Shown in pieces: positions 13,646-33,943 of a DNA stretch of 64,000 nucleotides. The translations under genes were made by a program, and so were the position numbers. Origin of the DNA: Macrostomum lignano (lineage: Eukaryota); the NCBI GenBank assembly GCA_002269645.1, contig NIVC01001899.1:1-64000 (forward strand), in the 5' to 3' direction. The notes under the pieces were generated by a model. The model was given only the letters and a program-made list of their open reading frames with translations, did no database searches and was not told the DNA's origin. Each line of letters begins with the position of its first letter. The first letter of the stretch is position 1.

Positions 13646-13922
13646 GCTCACCTGCTCACCCTGCTCACCCTGCTCACCCTGCTCGCAATACTCACCCTGC
13701 TCACCCTGCTCACAATACTCACCCTGCTCACAATACTCACCCTGCTCACAATACTCACCTTGCTCCCCCTGCTCACAATACTCACCCTGCTCACAATACT
13801 CACCCTGCTCACAATACTCACCCTGCTCACAATACTCACCCTGCTCACAATACTCACCCTGCTCACAATACTCACCCTGCTCACAATACTCACCCTGCTC
13901 ACAATACTCACCCTACTCACCC
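13646..13922. repeat. 18-bp minisatellite (caatactcaccctgctca)n
   Basis: Visible tandem copies; the minus strand carries 13 copies of GTGAGT. Confidence 0.95.
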
Positions 13923-14351
13923 TAACATTCAGACTATTGCATTCAATTAGTTCGAATTAAAAAACGCCGATCTGTCTGGCCCTGCAGCTTCCACTCGAAC
14001 ATTTACAGCGATGAACAATGAATAATTTTTTCGTGAAATGAAATCAACAAAACTGCGCATGGGCTTCCGAATATTCTGTCTAGAAATAGCATCGCGAAAT
14101 TGAATTTCTCTCTCTCTCTCTCTCTCTCTCTTTCGACCTGCCAGTGCCTGACTGCCAGACCTGACAGTTGCTGCACTTGTGCAATGGATGCGCGGATACA
14201 AAGCAACTCCGATGGCGACGGGAGAGAGACAGTAGAGGAAGAGAAGTGCTCAAGGCAGGCAAACATTTAAGTCGACAGATTGCATCGAAAGCCTGCGCAG
14301 CACAGGATTTGACCTGCTTGCTCTTCTGCAGTGTATCCGCTCTCGCCATCC

Positions 14352-17849
<3,498 letters not shown>

Positions 17850-18420
17850 GGTTGGGTTGCGCAGACCCAACCAAGATGACTTACAACCCGAACCAGACTT
17901 CAGAGTTGCCTTGCGCTGACTTATATAAGAGCGTAACTACGAGTACAAGAATATTCCTTTCTGCTTGTTTCCTTGCCTTATCCCTGATGTTTTTTGCCTC
18001 AATAAGCGGATATTTTAGCGGCCAATCCATATCGAACCTTAGCATCTAAGCTAAGAATCTTTGTCCGAACAAACGCTTCTTAATAATAATAATAATCGGT
18101 TTTCTCGACATAAAAACGAAAAGTTCAAAGTCTACTTCTATTGATGTACGTGCAAGTTTACTTATTTAAGTAAAAAATTTAGTCTCGGACTGAGCAAACA
18201 AAAATAAGTTATTCTACAGGTAGGCGGAGGCAATAAAAGGGCGGTTCAATGGTTCAATCGCAAGTCTTAGTTACCTGCTACTCCATATAGGTAATGAATT
18301 GCAAAACTAAGGAACGAATCGACACTGTTTAAGAAAATCCCTCTACTAAACATCTAAATCGGGCGATGGGATAATCTTGTCCATTGGCTGCCTTTCTGCT
18401 TTCCGGTCTCATTAATTTGG

Positions 18421-19113
18421 GAGACAAATCTCCCTCTTCCACTTTTCCCCATCCCATTGAGTTCGGGGATAAATCTCCCTCTTCCACTCTTCCCCTTCCC
18501 ATTGAGTTCGGGATAAATCTCCCTCTTCCACTCTTCCCCTTCCCATTGAGTTCGGGATAAATCTCCCTCTTCCACTTTTCCCCATCCCATTGAGTTCGGG
18601 GATAAATCTCCCTCTTCCACTTTTCCCCTTCCCATTGAGTTCGGGATAAATCTCCCTCTTCCACTCTTCCCCTTCCCATTGAGTTCGGGATAAATCTCCC
18701 TCTTCCACTTTTCCCCATCCCATTGAGTTCGGGGATAAATCTCCCTCTTCCACTTTTCCCCTTCCCATTGAGTTCGGGGATAAATCTCCCTCTTCCACTC
18801 TTCCCCTTCCCATTGAGTTCGGGGATAAATCTCCCTCTTCCACTCTTCCCCTTCCCATTGAGTTCGGGGATAAATCTCCCTCTTCCACTCTTCCCCTTCC
18901 CATTGAGTTCGGGGATAAATCTCCCTCTTCCACTTTTCCCCTTCCCTTTGAGTTCGGGGATAAATCTCCCTCTTCCACTCTTCCCCTTCCCATTGAGTTC
19001 GGGGATAAATCTCCCTCTTCCACTTTTCCCCATCCCATTGAGTTCGGGGATAAATCTCCCTCTTCCACTTTTCCCCATCCCATTGAGTTCGGGGATAATT
19101 CTCCCTCTTCCAC
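18421..19113. repeat. 44-45-bp minisatellite (ggataaatctccctcttccactcttccccttcccattgagttcgg)n
   Basis: About 15 copies just downstream of the minus-strand gene ending at 19193. Confidence 0.95.
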
Positions 19114-19192
19114 TCAGCCAATCCCACTGAGTAAGGTGATAAATCTTCCCAAAAAACAATCCAGATGTAGTCAATTCCAAGTCAGCGGCAGC

Positions 19193-20894
<1,702 letters not shown>

Positions 20895-21600
20895 GCCGAG
20901 TTCCTCATCAGAAGACTCTTGGTCGATTGTCTGCTCTTAGGCTGAGCTCGGGCTCAGCAGGATCCTCGCTGCCTTGAGTTGCAATTTCTTTTTCCGTCTT
21001 TCGATCGCTCCGCTGTTGGCTTTTCAAACTTGGCCAATTTTGCTTAGGCAAACGCAACTATGCGGGTTTTTCGTTTTCCGGCATTGGGAGGGGGAAGAGG
21101 CGAAGGAGTCGATCGGACCTCTTAGTTGTGAGAGGGTTGGCGAGGCATTGGACGCTCTGAGTCCAGCTGGTTGTCAGCTCGAGTGAGCTGGGGTGGTGCA
21201 GCAACCCAACCCCCCACCCACCCCGCCACCGCCTCCGCGCTCTGCTACTCACGCAGTGCGTCATTTATACCGTCAGCTTTAAAACTCCGTTCTGCTTCAG
21301 CTGGTACTAAACAGCGCACAGGGCTTTTTGTATTTTAGGCTACAGGCCATTGAGAAATAGAGAGAAAGAGAGAGAGATACCGTAGGGGAGAAAGATCTCG
21401 AGATCCTGTTTGTAGTACTTATTAAAAACGAGAATTTTACGAACAGTAATATTTTAGAAAAAAATGGTAGGCTGTCAAAATTGCGACGAGTTTAAATTTT
21501 CGCAACATTTTCATATATATTTCAATAATTAGCTAATTGAATTGAAGCATTGGTGTTTTAATCGATTTTTTTTTAAATAAGGGGTGTCTAAATACGGATT

Positions 21601-22330
21601 TCAAGCTGGTGATGGAGGACAAGCAAGTCACGGTTCCCGAGATCGCTGACTTCTGTGGCATCGGTGTGGCACGCGTTCACGTAATTCTGCATTACGATGG
21701 GTTCCTAGACTGTTGGGCATCCACCAGAAACATGAACGGGCTGACACGTACAAGCGCCTGATGACTCTGGTTGAGAAGTACGCGGCGAGGCATTCTGGCA
21801 ACGCATTATCACTGAAGACCTGGCTTTACAATCCAGAAACCAATGAGCAGTCACGTGAGTGGCGCTGGCCAGAAGAAGGTCACCCAGTCAAGGCCCGTTC
21901 TGCTCCATCTTCGGGAAAGACAATGATCACTGTCTTTTGGGACACCGAAGGCGTGATCCACATTGATTTCCTCGAATCAACCCTGCTAAGTGGGCCGCTT
22001 CGCCAAAAACTTGCTGAAAATCGGCCACTCCTTCAGCACGACAATGCCAGGCCTCGCACTGTGAGAACAATCGACGATCTGCGCTGGGAACTGGGAGATT
22101 TGGCACCCAGCGACTATCACCTCTTCGGACCAATGAAAAAATCACTCCGTGGTCACCATTTCACCTGCCTGACGATGACGGCCTTCGCAAGCTCGTGCTG
22201 CGTTGGAAGAAGTGTGTCGACTTGACAGGGGACTACGTCGAAAAGTGTGAAAATTTTGAAGACTCTGAGTGACTGTGTTCGTTTGCTAGGGCAAGAAGGC
22301 TCAGAACTTACGGAACACCGAACAACGTAT
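21601..22330 (+). mobile_element. Defective mariner (DD34D-type) transposon, internally deleted
   Basis: HTH-like EDKQVTVPEIADFCGI, WVPRLL (21698), TWLY-NPET..QSREW, GKTMITVFWD.EGVIHIDFL, LQHDNARP, DLAPSDYHLFGPMKKSLRG. There are frameshifts, the first catalytic Asp region and the YSP motif are deleted, and no matching left TIR was found. Confidence 0.92.
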
Positions 22331-23454
22331 TTTAAGTAGACAGCATTACGGTTTTATTTAATATTTAAAATGGATCAGCACGGACACTAAAATTGCTTGT
22401 TTTAGTTGTGAATGATTATATCCTACATGGTCTACTTTATGTTTTCAACTTTTAGTAGCATTTGCATAAAGAGCAAAGAAGTTTGCTTTGCTTATTACTT
22501 AGTTTTGTAGTCTTAAAGATACAGAATTTGACAATGATGTTCAAATTAGAACATTAAAACACTTGAAAAAAACATGCATGTATTAAAGATTTCTTAAAAA
22601 ATCGATTTATTTTAGATGTTTTAAAAATGGAATAAATAAATTTAAACCGATTTTGCAGCACAACTACTCGCATGGTTAGTAGTACATGAATTTAAATTTC
22701 AATAATTAAAAATACGCAAGGAGTTTTTAAAAAATCAACATTTAAACTAAAGGCTTTATCCAACTAGAGGCCTAAGTTGGAAGGCAGACTTAGGGAAAGT
22801 ACCACAATTTCAGCTCAATACCCATCCCCTTATATCTTTTTCATCTCATCGATATCACGGGCTGCTCCAGTGCGCGCACAGTTACACGCATTGGTTGGCT
22901 CTAAATATACAATGAACCAGATAGAGAAATTTTTTATGACTTAAAACATGGCCCTCTTAGATCCAGATAGACCGACCACGAAGCACTCTTGTGGCCTCTG
23001 GCAAGAAATCATTTTAAAGTAGAAAATTATTTCATAGCAAAAGATGTAGCTACATGTATGCTCGAAATGAACAAATTTCTATTGGCCCAAATTGTAAAAA
23101 CAGTACAACATAGCGAGCGCGGTGTCTGGCGGTCTCCTATCGGGAACTCCCTGACAGAATTAATCTATTTTTTTGCATTCCTGCAGGCAGTAAAATGCCT
23201 ACCCCAAGGCAATAAATTGGCGGCAGAATCCTTGTGAGAGCGGCTGGAGAGACAGAGGCAGACGCGGACAGACAATGCAGCGAAGGGAGAATTGAGGTGA
23301 GATGAAGTGAGCTCTAGCTGCAGCTGGGATGCTGGTACCGCGCAACACAGTTCTGAAAGCTGCTGTCTGTCGCCTGAACCTCGGCAATGAAAAAATTCTT
23401 TCTTTTGAATTTCTACACACCTGTAAAACTTTCCATTTTCACTATTGTACGTGT

Positions 23455-23827
23455 GGGAGTTTTTATTTTTTTATTAGAGGCAGGGGGGTTGTGTGCACCC
23501 TGGCGCACTTTAAGCGACATAGGCACACAACCGGCGAGAGGCATTACTGCCCATTCCGCCGACTCCCCTGAGCAGGCATACAAGCGCGCGGATACGTCCG
23601 CAGGCACACACTCACACAGGAGTGTACAGCGGCCCTAACTTTATATTATCGTTAGGCATGTACACTTCACTGCGCCTTGGGGGGTTTGGCCCTCAAGGCC
23701 GTTAATTGCACGAGCAGAGCCAAGCCGAGATTCCAATTCAGCCCCAAATTTATGTGACTGCACTTGGAATCGAGCCTGGGTCTCTGGCACACCAGAGCAG
23801 CTGCGCTACCGCTGGGCTACGGCCCCC
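23455..23827 (-). mobile_element. tRNA-derived SINE (second family), apparently full length
   Basis: Minus strand head ggggccgtagcccagcggtagcg (A box), ggctcgattcc (B box, 23766-23776), body, then an A-rich tail aataaaaaaataaaaa. A related copy lies at 4340-4530. Confidence 0.72.
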
Positions 23828-23910
23828 CGTGCGTGGGAGTTACTGAGGATGAATATTCGTGGAAATTTCCTAAATGCTACCATTATACCAGAAGCTACAA
23901 TTTTGCCTGG

Positions 23911-24290
<380 letters not shown>

Positions 24291-24663
24291 CACTCACTTT
24301 CCTGCTTTCCAATTATGAATTAATATTTGTTATTTCAACAGGCTAGGGGAGATATGGAGAAGTCACACCAGATCTCATTCAGTTTTTCATGGGCTATTGA
24401 CAAGGAAGACAAGGAGATTATCAGGCTACTCTAAAATGATGGCAAACATTCATCTGTCACGTTTGGAATTGAAGTAGCTGCCTTTGAGATGCCAGAAGCT
24501 TTCTAATTGAAGTAGCCATGCAGCACTTCTTACGGGGTGCACTCAACGGGTGTACAATACCAGCTCTCACAATTTAGCATAAAAAGCAACACTCCGCTGA
24601 CAGAGGCGCCTCCACTACTGCTGTATTTCGTTCATTAATTTTATGCAAGGAAAGAAATTTTCA

Positions 24664-27600
24664 ATGATGAGAAGTTCACGCGTGGCTCTGCGGCTGCTGT
24701 TCTGCTGCTGCTCGTTGGGTGAGTTGGCCGGACCGACCGAACTTTTCAGATAGCAACCAATTTATTCGGATTCAAATGGTCATCGATGGCTCCAATTTGT
24801 TAACGATGGATTCAAATGGTCATCGATGGCTCCAAATGGTCATCGATGGCTTCAATTGGTTATCGATGGCTCCAATTGGTCATCGATAGTTCCAATTGGT
24901 CATCGATAGCTCCAATTAGTCATCGATGGCTCCAAATGGTCATTTATGACTCCAATTGATCATCGATTGCTCCAATTGGTCATCGATAGCTTCGATTGGT
25001 CATCGATAGCTCCAATTGATCATCGATTGCTCCAATTGGTCATCGATAGCTTCGATTGGTCATCGATAGCTCGAATTGGTCATCGATAGTTCTAATTGGT
25101 CATCGATAGCTCTAAATTGTCATTTATGGCTCCAAATTTGTCATCGATAGTTCTAATTGGTCATCGATAGCTCTAAATTGTCATTTATGGCTCCAAATTT
25201 GTCATCGATGGCTCCAAACGGTCATCGATGGCTCCAAATGGTCATCGATAGCTCCAAATGGTCACCGATGGCTCCAAATGGTCATCGATAGCTCCAAACG
25301 GTCATCGATCGCTCCAAATGGTCATTGATGGCTCCTAACCGTCATCGATGGCTCCAAACCGTCATCGATGGATTTAAACGGTCATCGATCTCTCCAAATG
25401 GTCATTGATGGCTCCAAATGGAGTGCCACAATGCGCATCTGACAATTGGAAGCTGATTCTATTTCCAGCCGCCAGCGCCGGCTCCAATGTGAACCAGACC
25501 GAGCTGATCCGAACGGACTCGGTACTCATCGACAATGTGACAAGCAGCTTCGAGCTGAATGTGACCGGAGTCCGGTCCGAGATCAAGTGCGCCACCGCCT
25601 GCCTGCAGGGAGGCTGCTCAGTCGCCAGCCTGGCCAACGGTTCCAAAATCTGCCGAATGATTTTTCTGGCCGATGACTCGACCAAATCGATGCCGAATTC
25701 GAAACCGAGCCGCGTGCGGCGACACGTTGAGGCCGGACCGTCCGATCGGCTGTGGAAAGTGGCCAACCTGGAGCTGCGGCTGGCCGCCCTGCTGCCGCCG
25801 TTTCAGAAGACTTTTTCTGCTGAGTAGCCGGAAGGATTGTGATCGTTCGGTTCTGTCTCTGGCCCAGTGGTTTGGCCCCGATCATATTGCCGTAATTCTA
25901 TCATTGGCCTGATTCCGTCTGTGACCCAACTCCGTCATTGACCCAATTCGTTATATGACCCGATTTCATTTATGACTCGATTCCATGACTCGATTCCATC
26001 TACGACTCAATTCTGTCTATGACTCAATTCCATCTATGACTCGATTCCATCTACGACTCAATTCCGTCTATGACTCAATTCCATCTATGACTCGATTCCA
26101 TCTATGACTCAATTCCGTCTATGACTCAATTCCATCTATGACTCGATTCCATCTATGACTCAATTCCGTCTATGACTCAATTCCATCTATGACCCGATTC
26201 CATCTATGACTCAATTCCGTCTATGATTCAATTCCGTCTACGACTCAATTCCGTCTATGACTCAACTTTGTCTATGACCCGATTCTATCCATCACCCAAT
26301 TCTATCCATGACCCGGTTTTTATCTATGACCCAATTCCGTCTATGAACCGAATCTGTCTAGACCCAGTTCCGTCTACATGTATGACTCAATAAGCCTATG
26401 ACCCGATTCAATCGATAATCCGATTCCCTCTATGACTCAATTCCGGCTGTGACCTAATTCCCTCTATGACCCCTATGACTCAACTCTGTCTGAATCCTCT
26501 AAATTGTTATTTTAAATAAGAAATGTCTCTCAGCTTCAGCTACGAGCTCCGTACGCACCGGTTCGGTTCAGACGGTGCAGCTGCCGTTCACCGCCTGCTA
26601 CCGGATCGAGGCACTGGGTGCCGATGGCGGCAAAGTGTTCGCTAGAAGTGGAGGCAACGGCGCCAAAATGAGCGGCAATTTCAGGCTGACGGCCGGCACA
26701 GTTCTGTCTGTTGTTGTCGGGAAGAGAGGCGGCTACATAACGTCACAAACGCTGTCGCATGGCAGCGCTGGCGGCGGCGGGGGCAGCTTTGTCTACAAGG
26801 ACGCCGACAACACCCTGCTGCTGGCTGCTGGAGGTGGCGGAGGGGCCGGCAAAGACCATAAAGGTAACATCTATTTAGCCCCGAGGGACTGTAGGATTTG
26901 GTGTTGTTTGGTCTGCTGGTTCGGGGAATGGATCGACTGATGCCAGTTCTGTGGGACTGAGGGGGCTCGAGGGATTTATCGAAACTGGGGAGTAATCAGT
27001 GCTAACTCTTAGAAACCAGAGTGTGTTTGGATCTGAGCAGCTGAAGGGAAGCAGCGGGACTTTTAATGGACTGATAGGTAATGGCGCCAAATCTGAGTGC
27101 CATCGGCGCCAAATCTGAGGGATTGAGGGCATTTTCGCAAAATCTGAGGGATTGAGGGCATTTGCGCCAAATCTGAGGGACTGAGGGCATTTGCGCCAAA
27201 TCTGAGGGTTTCGGCGCCAAATCTGAGGGACTGAGGGCATTTGCGCCAAATCTGAGGGTTTCGGCGCCAAATCTGAGGGACTGAGGGCATTTGCGCCAAA
27301 TCTGAGGGTATCGGCGCCAAATCTGAGGGACTGAGGGCATTTGCGCCAAATCTGAGGGTATCGGCGCCAAATCTGAGGGACTGAGGGCATCGGCGCCAAA
27401 TCTAAAGGGACTAAGGGCAACGGCGCCAAATCTAAAGGGACTAAGGGCAACGGCGCCAAATCTAAAGGGACTAAGGGCAACGGCGCCAAATCTAAAGGGA
27501 CTAAGGGCAACAGCGCCAAATCTGAAGGGACTAAGGGCATCGGCGCCAAATTTGAAGGGACTAAGGGCAATGGCGCCAAATCTAAAGGGACTAAGGGCAT

Positions 27601-28778
27601 CGGCGCCAAATTTGAAGGGACTAAGGGCAATGGCGCCAAATCTAAAGGGACTAAGGGCAACGGCGCCAAATCTAAAGGGACTAAGGGCAACGGCGCCAAA
27701 TCTAAAGGGACTAAGGGCAACGGCGCCAAATCTAAAGGGACTAAGGGCAACGGCGCCAAATCTAAAGGGACTAAGGGCAACGGCGCCAAATCTAAAGGGA
27801 CTAAGGGCAACGGCGCCAAATCTAAAGGGACTAAGGGCAACAGCGCCAAATCTGAAGGGACTAAGGGCATCGGCGCCAAATTTGAAGGGACTAAGGGCAA
27901 TGGCGCCAAATCTAAAGGGACTAAGGGCATCGGCGCCAAATTTGAAGGGACTAAGGGCAATGGCGCCAAATCTAAAGGGACTAAGGGCAACGGCGCCAAA
28001 TCTAAAGGGACTAAGGGCAACGGCGCCAAATCTAAAGGGACTAAGGGCAACGGCGCCAAATCTAAAGGGACTAAGGGCAACGGCGCCAAATCTAAAGGGA
28101 CTAAGGGCAACGGCGCCAAATCTAAAGGGACTAAGGGCAACGGCGCCAAATCTGAAGGGAGTAAGGGCATCGGCGCCAAATTTGAAGGGACTAAGGGCAA
28201 TGGCGCCAAATCTGAAGGGACTAAGGGCATCGGCGCCAAATCTGAGGGGACCGAGGGCATTTGCGTCAATGCATCAATCTCAAGCCTGTCTCCCAACTGC
28301 AGGCGTGGACGGCCAGGCGGGCACCAGCGGAACGAACTCAAAGCCGGACTCGACCTACAAAGGCTTCGGCGGCTCGAACGGCCAGCCGGGATTCACGAAG
28401 ACGAACGCGGTGCCCTCGGGTGAGCACCACGGCGGCTCCGGCGCTGGCTGGCTCGGCAGGCCCAACAAGGCGCGGCGCGGCTACTATGACGGAGATCGCG
28501 GCAGCGGCCTTGCGAACAACTGGGCCGGCGGTGAGGCGGGGGCCGGATATGACTACAAGGGCGGCTTTGGTGGCGGCGGCGGCGGCGGCTTCTACGGAGC
28601 CAGCGGCGGCGGCGGCGGCTTCAGCGGCGGCGGAGCCGGGCGGGTCAGATATATGGCGGGAGGTGGCGGCGGCTCCTACTGCGGCGGCAGCGGCTGCTCC
28701 GGCATCACCGGCGGCAACACCAAAGCAGGCGTCAATGACGGGTCGGTGAAGATTACGCTGCTGCATGTTTTGTGCTAG
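24664..28778 (+). CDS. Secreted protein: signal peptide + PAN/apple-like domain + ALK/LTK-type glycine-rich domain
   Basis: Exons 24664-24718 (MMRSSRVALRLLFCCCSL), 25469-about 25824 (CATACLQGGC...C), about 26534/26540-26863 (TGSVQTVQLP..YRIEALGADGG, L.VVVGKRGG, GGGGGSFV, LLLAAGGGGG) and 28303-28778 (GGFGGGGGGG..GASGGGGGFSGG, GGGGGSY, DGSVKITLL). The exon 2/3 junction could not be put in frame with a canonical donor. Confidence 0.8.
24773..25424. repeat. 20-bp quasi-palindromic minisatellite (ggtcatcgatggctccaaat)n, intron 1
   Basis: Tandem copies centred on ATCGAT. Confidence 0.93.
25912..26492. repeat. 17-bp minisatellite (atgactcaattccgtct)n, intron 2
   Basis: Homogeneous core with degenerate edges. 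Confidence 0.92.
27082..28268. repeat. 30-bp minisatellite (ggcgccaaatctaaagggactaagggcaac)n with 21-bp variants, intron 3
   Basis: Direct reading. Confidence 0.96.
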
Positions 28779-29134
28779 CGGCTGGCAGCAGCAAACTGGC
28801 AGCAGGAAACAATGTTATAAAACTTATAACTCAAATTTATTATCTACATTTATCTGTTCTAGATAGTTCGTAACTACTAGTATAGGCTAAGAGCGTAGAT
28901 CTGACGCCCCATCTTCTAATTCTGTGTTTACCCGTGTCAGTCCGTCAACTTTTTATCAGATTTTTAATTGCTTGAAGTAATGACCCGAACAATTCAGTTT
29001 TTTAAAAAACAGCAGTAACTTTTAGCAATTATCAGCTCTGCTACTATTGGAAATACAGTAGCAACAAGCAAGCTAATTTACTAGCTAGAACTACCCTCGT
29101 AGTTTGCAACAATTCATTCTATTCCTCTCTGCGC

Positions 29135-31164
<2,030 letters not shown>

Positions 31165-31494
31165 TGAATTTAGCAGTTGTCAGCAAAAAGCAGACTTAAA
31201 AATCTTACCAGATTAAAATCCAACCGAATATTTTAAGCAAAGGATTTCATTCAGCAACATTGAACAGCTAAGTTTGTATTTATGATAACTCTGTTGTGCT
31301 GTGCATATTCTACCAATAATTTAGCGTCCAACGGCGACAAAAATGCATCACCCAGAGAAAGTTGATCACCAATTTGACAGAATAAATCAAAATATGCAAT
31401 TGATAATTTGATTAGTTTTATTTTTTAGGTTTATAAGCGAATCACAGCTTGTATCCGACCGTGAGTCCTGCACAATCTCCAACACAGCTCAGGG

Positions 31495-31749
31495 TCATTT
31501 TTTGCGATCGCTCTTCTCCTGGTTTGACCTCGCCGCTTTTCCCGCTGCCTCTGCGGTCGCCGCTTCGGCCCCTTTAGCAGGCAAGTCGGCATCTTTGGGC
31601 AGCGGCGGCCGCCCGCCCGAGCGCTCGTCCGTCTCAGGCACCGGCACGCTGCTCTCGTAGAGCACGAGATTCTCGGCCCGGTCAGTGCAGATCAGCTCGG
31701 CCGAGTTGCAGAATGACACTTTCCTGTGAGCGTGCTGGCCGCCGGACAT
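31495..31749 (-). CDS. Small hydrophilic protein (84 aa) with an RKVSF (RVxF-like) motif
   Basis: ATG-initiated ORF with strongly GC-ending codons, like the real exons here; AATAAA 73 nt downstream (31417-31422, minus strand). Could instead be a terminal exon using the ttgttag acceptor near 31807. Confidence 0.55.
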   Translation of the reverse strand: MSGGQHAHRKVSFCNSAELICTDRAENLVLYESSVPVPETDERSGGRPPLPKDADLPAKGAEAATAEAAGKAARSNQEKSDRKK

Positions 31750-32469
31750 CGCTAGCGCCTGCCGCAGCTCCGCTCTGGGCTCCTGTTTGCTGCTGTTTCT
31801 GATGCGCTAACAAGGGGGGGGGCAGCAGCAACAGCAGCAGCAGCAGGAGACCTCTATCGCGTGTTGTCTCTGCTCTGTCTATACCGGCGTTTGATTTTCA
31901 ATGTCTACTATAAGGTTGGAGGGGAGGACAGAGTGGCAGGGTAGGGGGCGGAAGGGCAGCTGCGGCCGGTAGATGAAGCTTGGGGGCAAGCGGCATGACT
32001 TAGTGAGGAGGTGGGCAGGAAGGGGAGGCAGCAGTAGCGTTGGGGGCCCCGAGGAAACGGACTGAGAGTTGGCGGGTGAAGAGGTGGTGATTTTTTTAGG
32101 TCAGACAAGAGCGGGAGCTGATGCGGGCTTCTGGGAGGCTGGGCGAGAGGCGGGAAAGGGAAACGGGAGAGGGATGCAGCGGCTGCAGTCGGGACGAGAC
32201 CGACAGAGAGACAGATAGGGCGAGGTTGTTGGCAAAAGAGGCCAGGAAAGACCAAAAAATCCCATCTTTTCCCCATTGCCATTTCCCTGCCTTATGCCTG
32301 CCTGCCTGCCTGCCCATTTTCTCCCATTGCGGCGCGTTTCCCATCCCGCTCTGTCGCTCTATGCAAATCTAATCTGCCTTTTCTTCTGCTCTCTCTCTCG
32401 CGCCTTTCCTTATCTGATGAACCGCAACAGTTCAAATCAGAGGTGAACACCTTAGCTTTCGGTGCAGAG

Positions 32470-33943
32470 CATAGGCGTAGGAACGGGGGCCAATGGGGCC
32501 ATGGCCCCTCCCTCCACTTTTTAATATATGGGGCCAGTAAAGGTATCTGGACCCTCCACATTTTAAATGTAAAATGTAGACTTCTTGCTTATTTTTGGTT
32601 TTTGCTGCTTTGCATGAATGTATTTTGCTACAGGGCGACAAAACATACCACCTGCAGCGCCAAAATGAGTGCCTGCGGCGCTAAAATGAGTGCCTGCGGC
32701 GCTAAAATGAGTGCCTGCGGCGCTAAAATGAGTGTCTGCAGCGCTAAAATGAGTGCCTGCGGCGCTAAAATGAGTGTCAGCAGCGCTAAAATGAGTGTCA
32801 GCAGCGCTAAAATGAGTGCCTGCGGCGCTAAAATGAGTGCCTGCGGCGCTAAAATGAGTGTCTGCAGCGCTAAAATGAGTGCCTGCGGCGCTAAAATGAG
32901 TGTCAGCAGCGCTAAAATGAGTGCCTGCGGCGCTAAAATGAGTGCCTGCGGCGCTAAAATGAGTGCCTGCGGCGCTAAAATGAGTGTCTGCAGCGCTAAA
33001 ATGAGTGTCTGCGGCGCTAAAATGAGTGCCTGCAGCGCCAAAATGAGTGCCTGCGGCGCTAAAATGAGTGCCTGCGGCGCTAAAATGAGTGTCTGCAGCG
33101 CTAAAATGAGTGCCTGCGGCGCTAAAATGAGTGTCTGCGGCGCTAAAATGAGTGTCTGCAGCGCTAAAATGAGTGTCTGCGGCGCTAAAATGAGTGCCTG
33201 CGGCGCTAAAATGAGTGTCTGCAGCGCTAAAATGAGTGCCTGCGGCGCTAAAATGAGTGCCTGCGGCGCTAAAATGAGTGCCTGCGGCGCTAAAATGAGT
33301 GTCTGCAGCGCTAAAATGAGTGCCTGCGGCGCTAAAATGAGTGTCAGCAGCGCTAAAATGAGTGCCTGCGGCGCTAAAATGAGTGCCTGCGACGCTAAAA
33401 TGAGTGCCTGCGGCGCTAAAATGAGTGCCTGCGGCGCTAAAATGAGTGCCTGCGGCGCTAAAATGAGTGCCTGCGGCGCTAAAATGAGTGCCTGCAGCGC
33501 CAAAATGAGTGCCTGCGGCGCTAAAATGAGTGCCTGCGGCGCTAAAATGAGTGCCTGCGGCGCTAAAATGAGTGCCTGCGGCGCTAAAATGAGTGCCTGC
33601 GGCGCTAAAATGAGTGCCTGCGGCGCTAAAATGAGTGACTGCAGCGCTAAAATGAGTGCCTGCGGCGCTAAAATGAGTGCCTGCGGCGCTAAAATGAGTG
33701 CCTGCAGCGCTAAAATGAGTGCCTGCGGCGCTAAAATGAGTGCCTGCGGCGCTAAAATGAGTGCCTGCGGCGCTAAAATGAGCGCTGACAAGATGGATTC
33801 TGAAAATAATCGGTACATGATAATGTGCATTTTACATATAAAAAATCTAACTCGACGGGGGCGTGCGCCCTGTGCCCCCCGCCCCCTAAATCTGTCACTG
33901 AACCTGCCCCCCCCCCACTTTTTGAAACGTTCCAACGCCTACG
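32470..33943. mobile_element. Non-autonomous hAT-like DNA transposon (1474 bp)
   Basis: TIRs cataggcgtaggaacg (32470) and cgttccaacgcctacg (ends 33943), 14/16 match. Exact 8-bp TSD gtgcagag at 32462-32469 and 33944-33951. Confidence 0.85.
32652..33786. repeat. 21-bp minisatellite (gcgctaaaatgagtgcctgcg)n inside the hAT-like element
   Basis: About 54 copies. Confidence 0.97.

Noticed and set aside
21580-21600. Left TIR and TA target duplication for the mariner
   Set aside because: No sequence complementary to the putative right end (about 22300-22330) was found.
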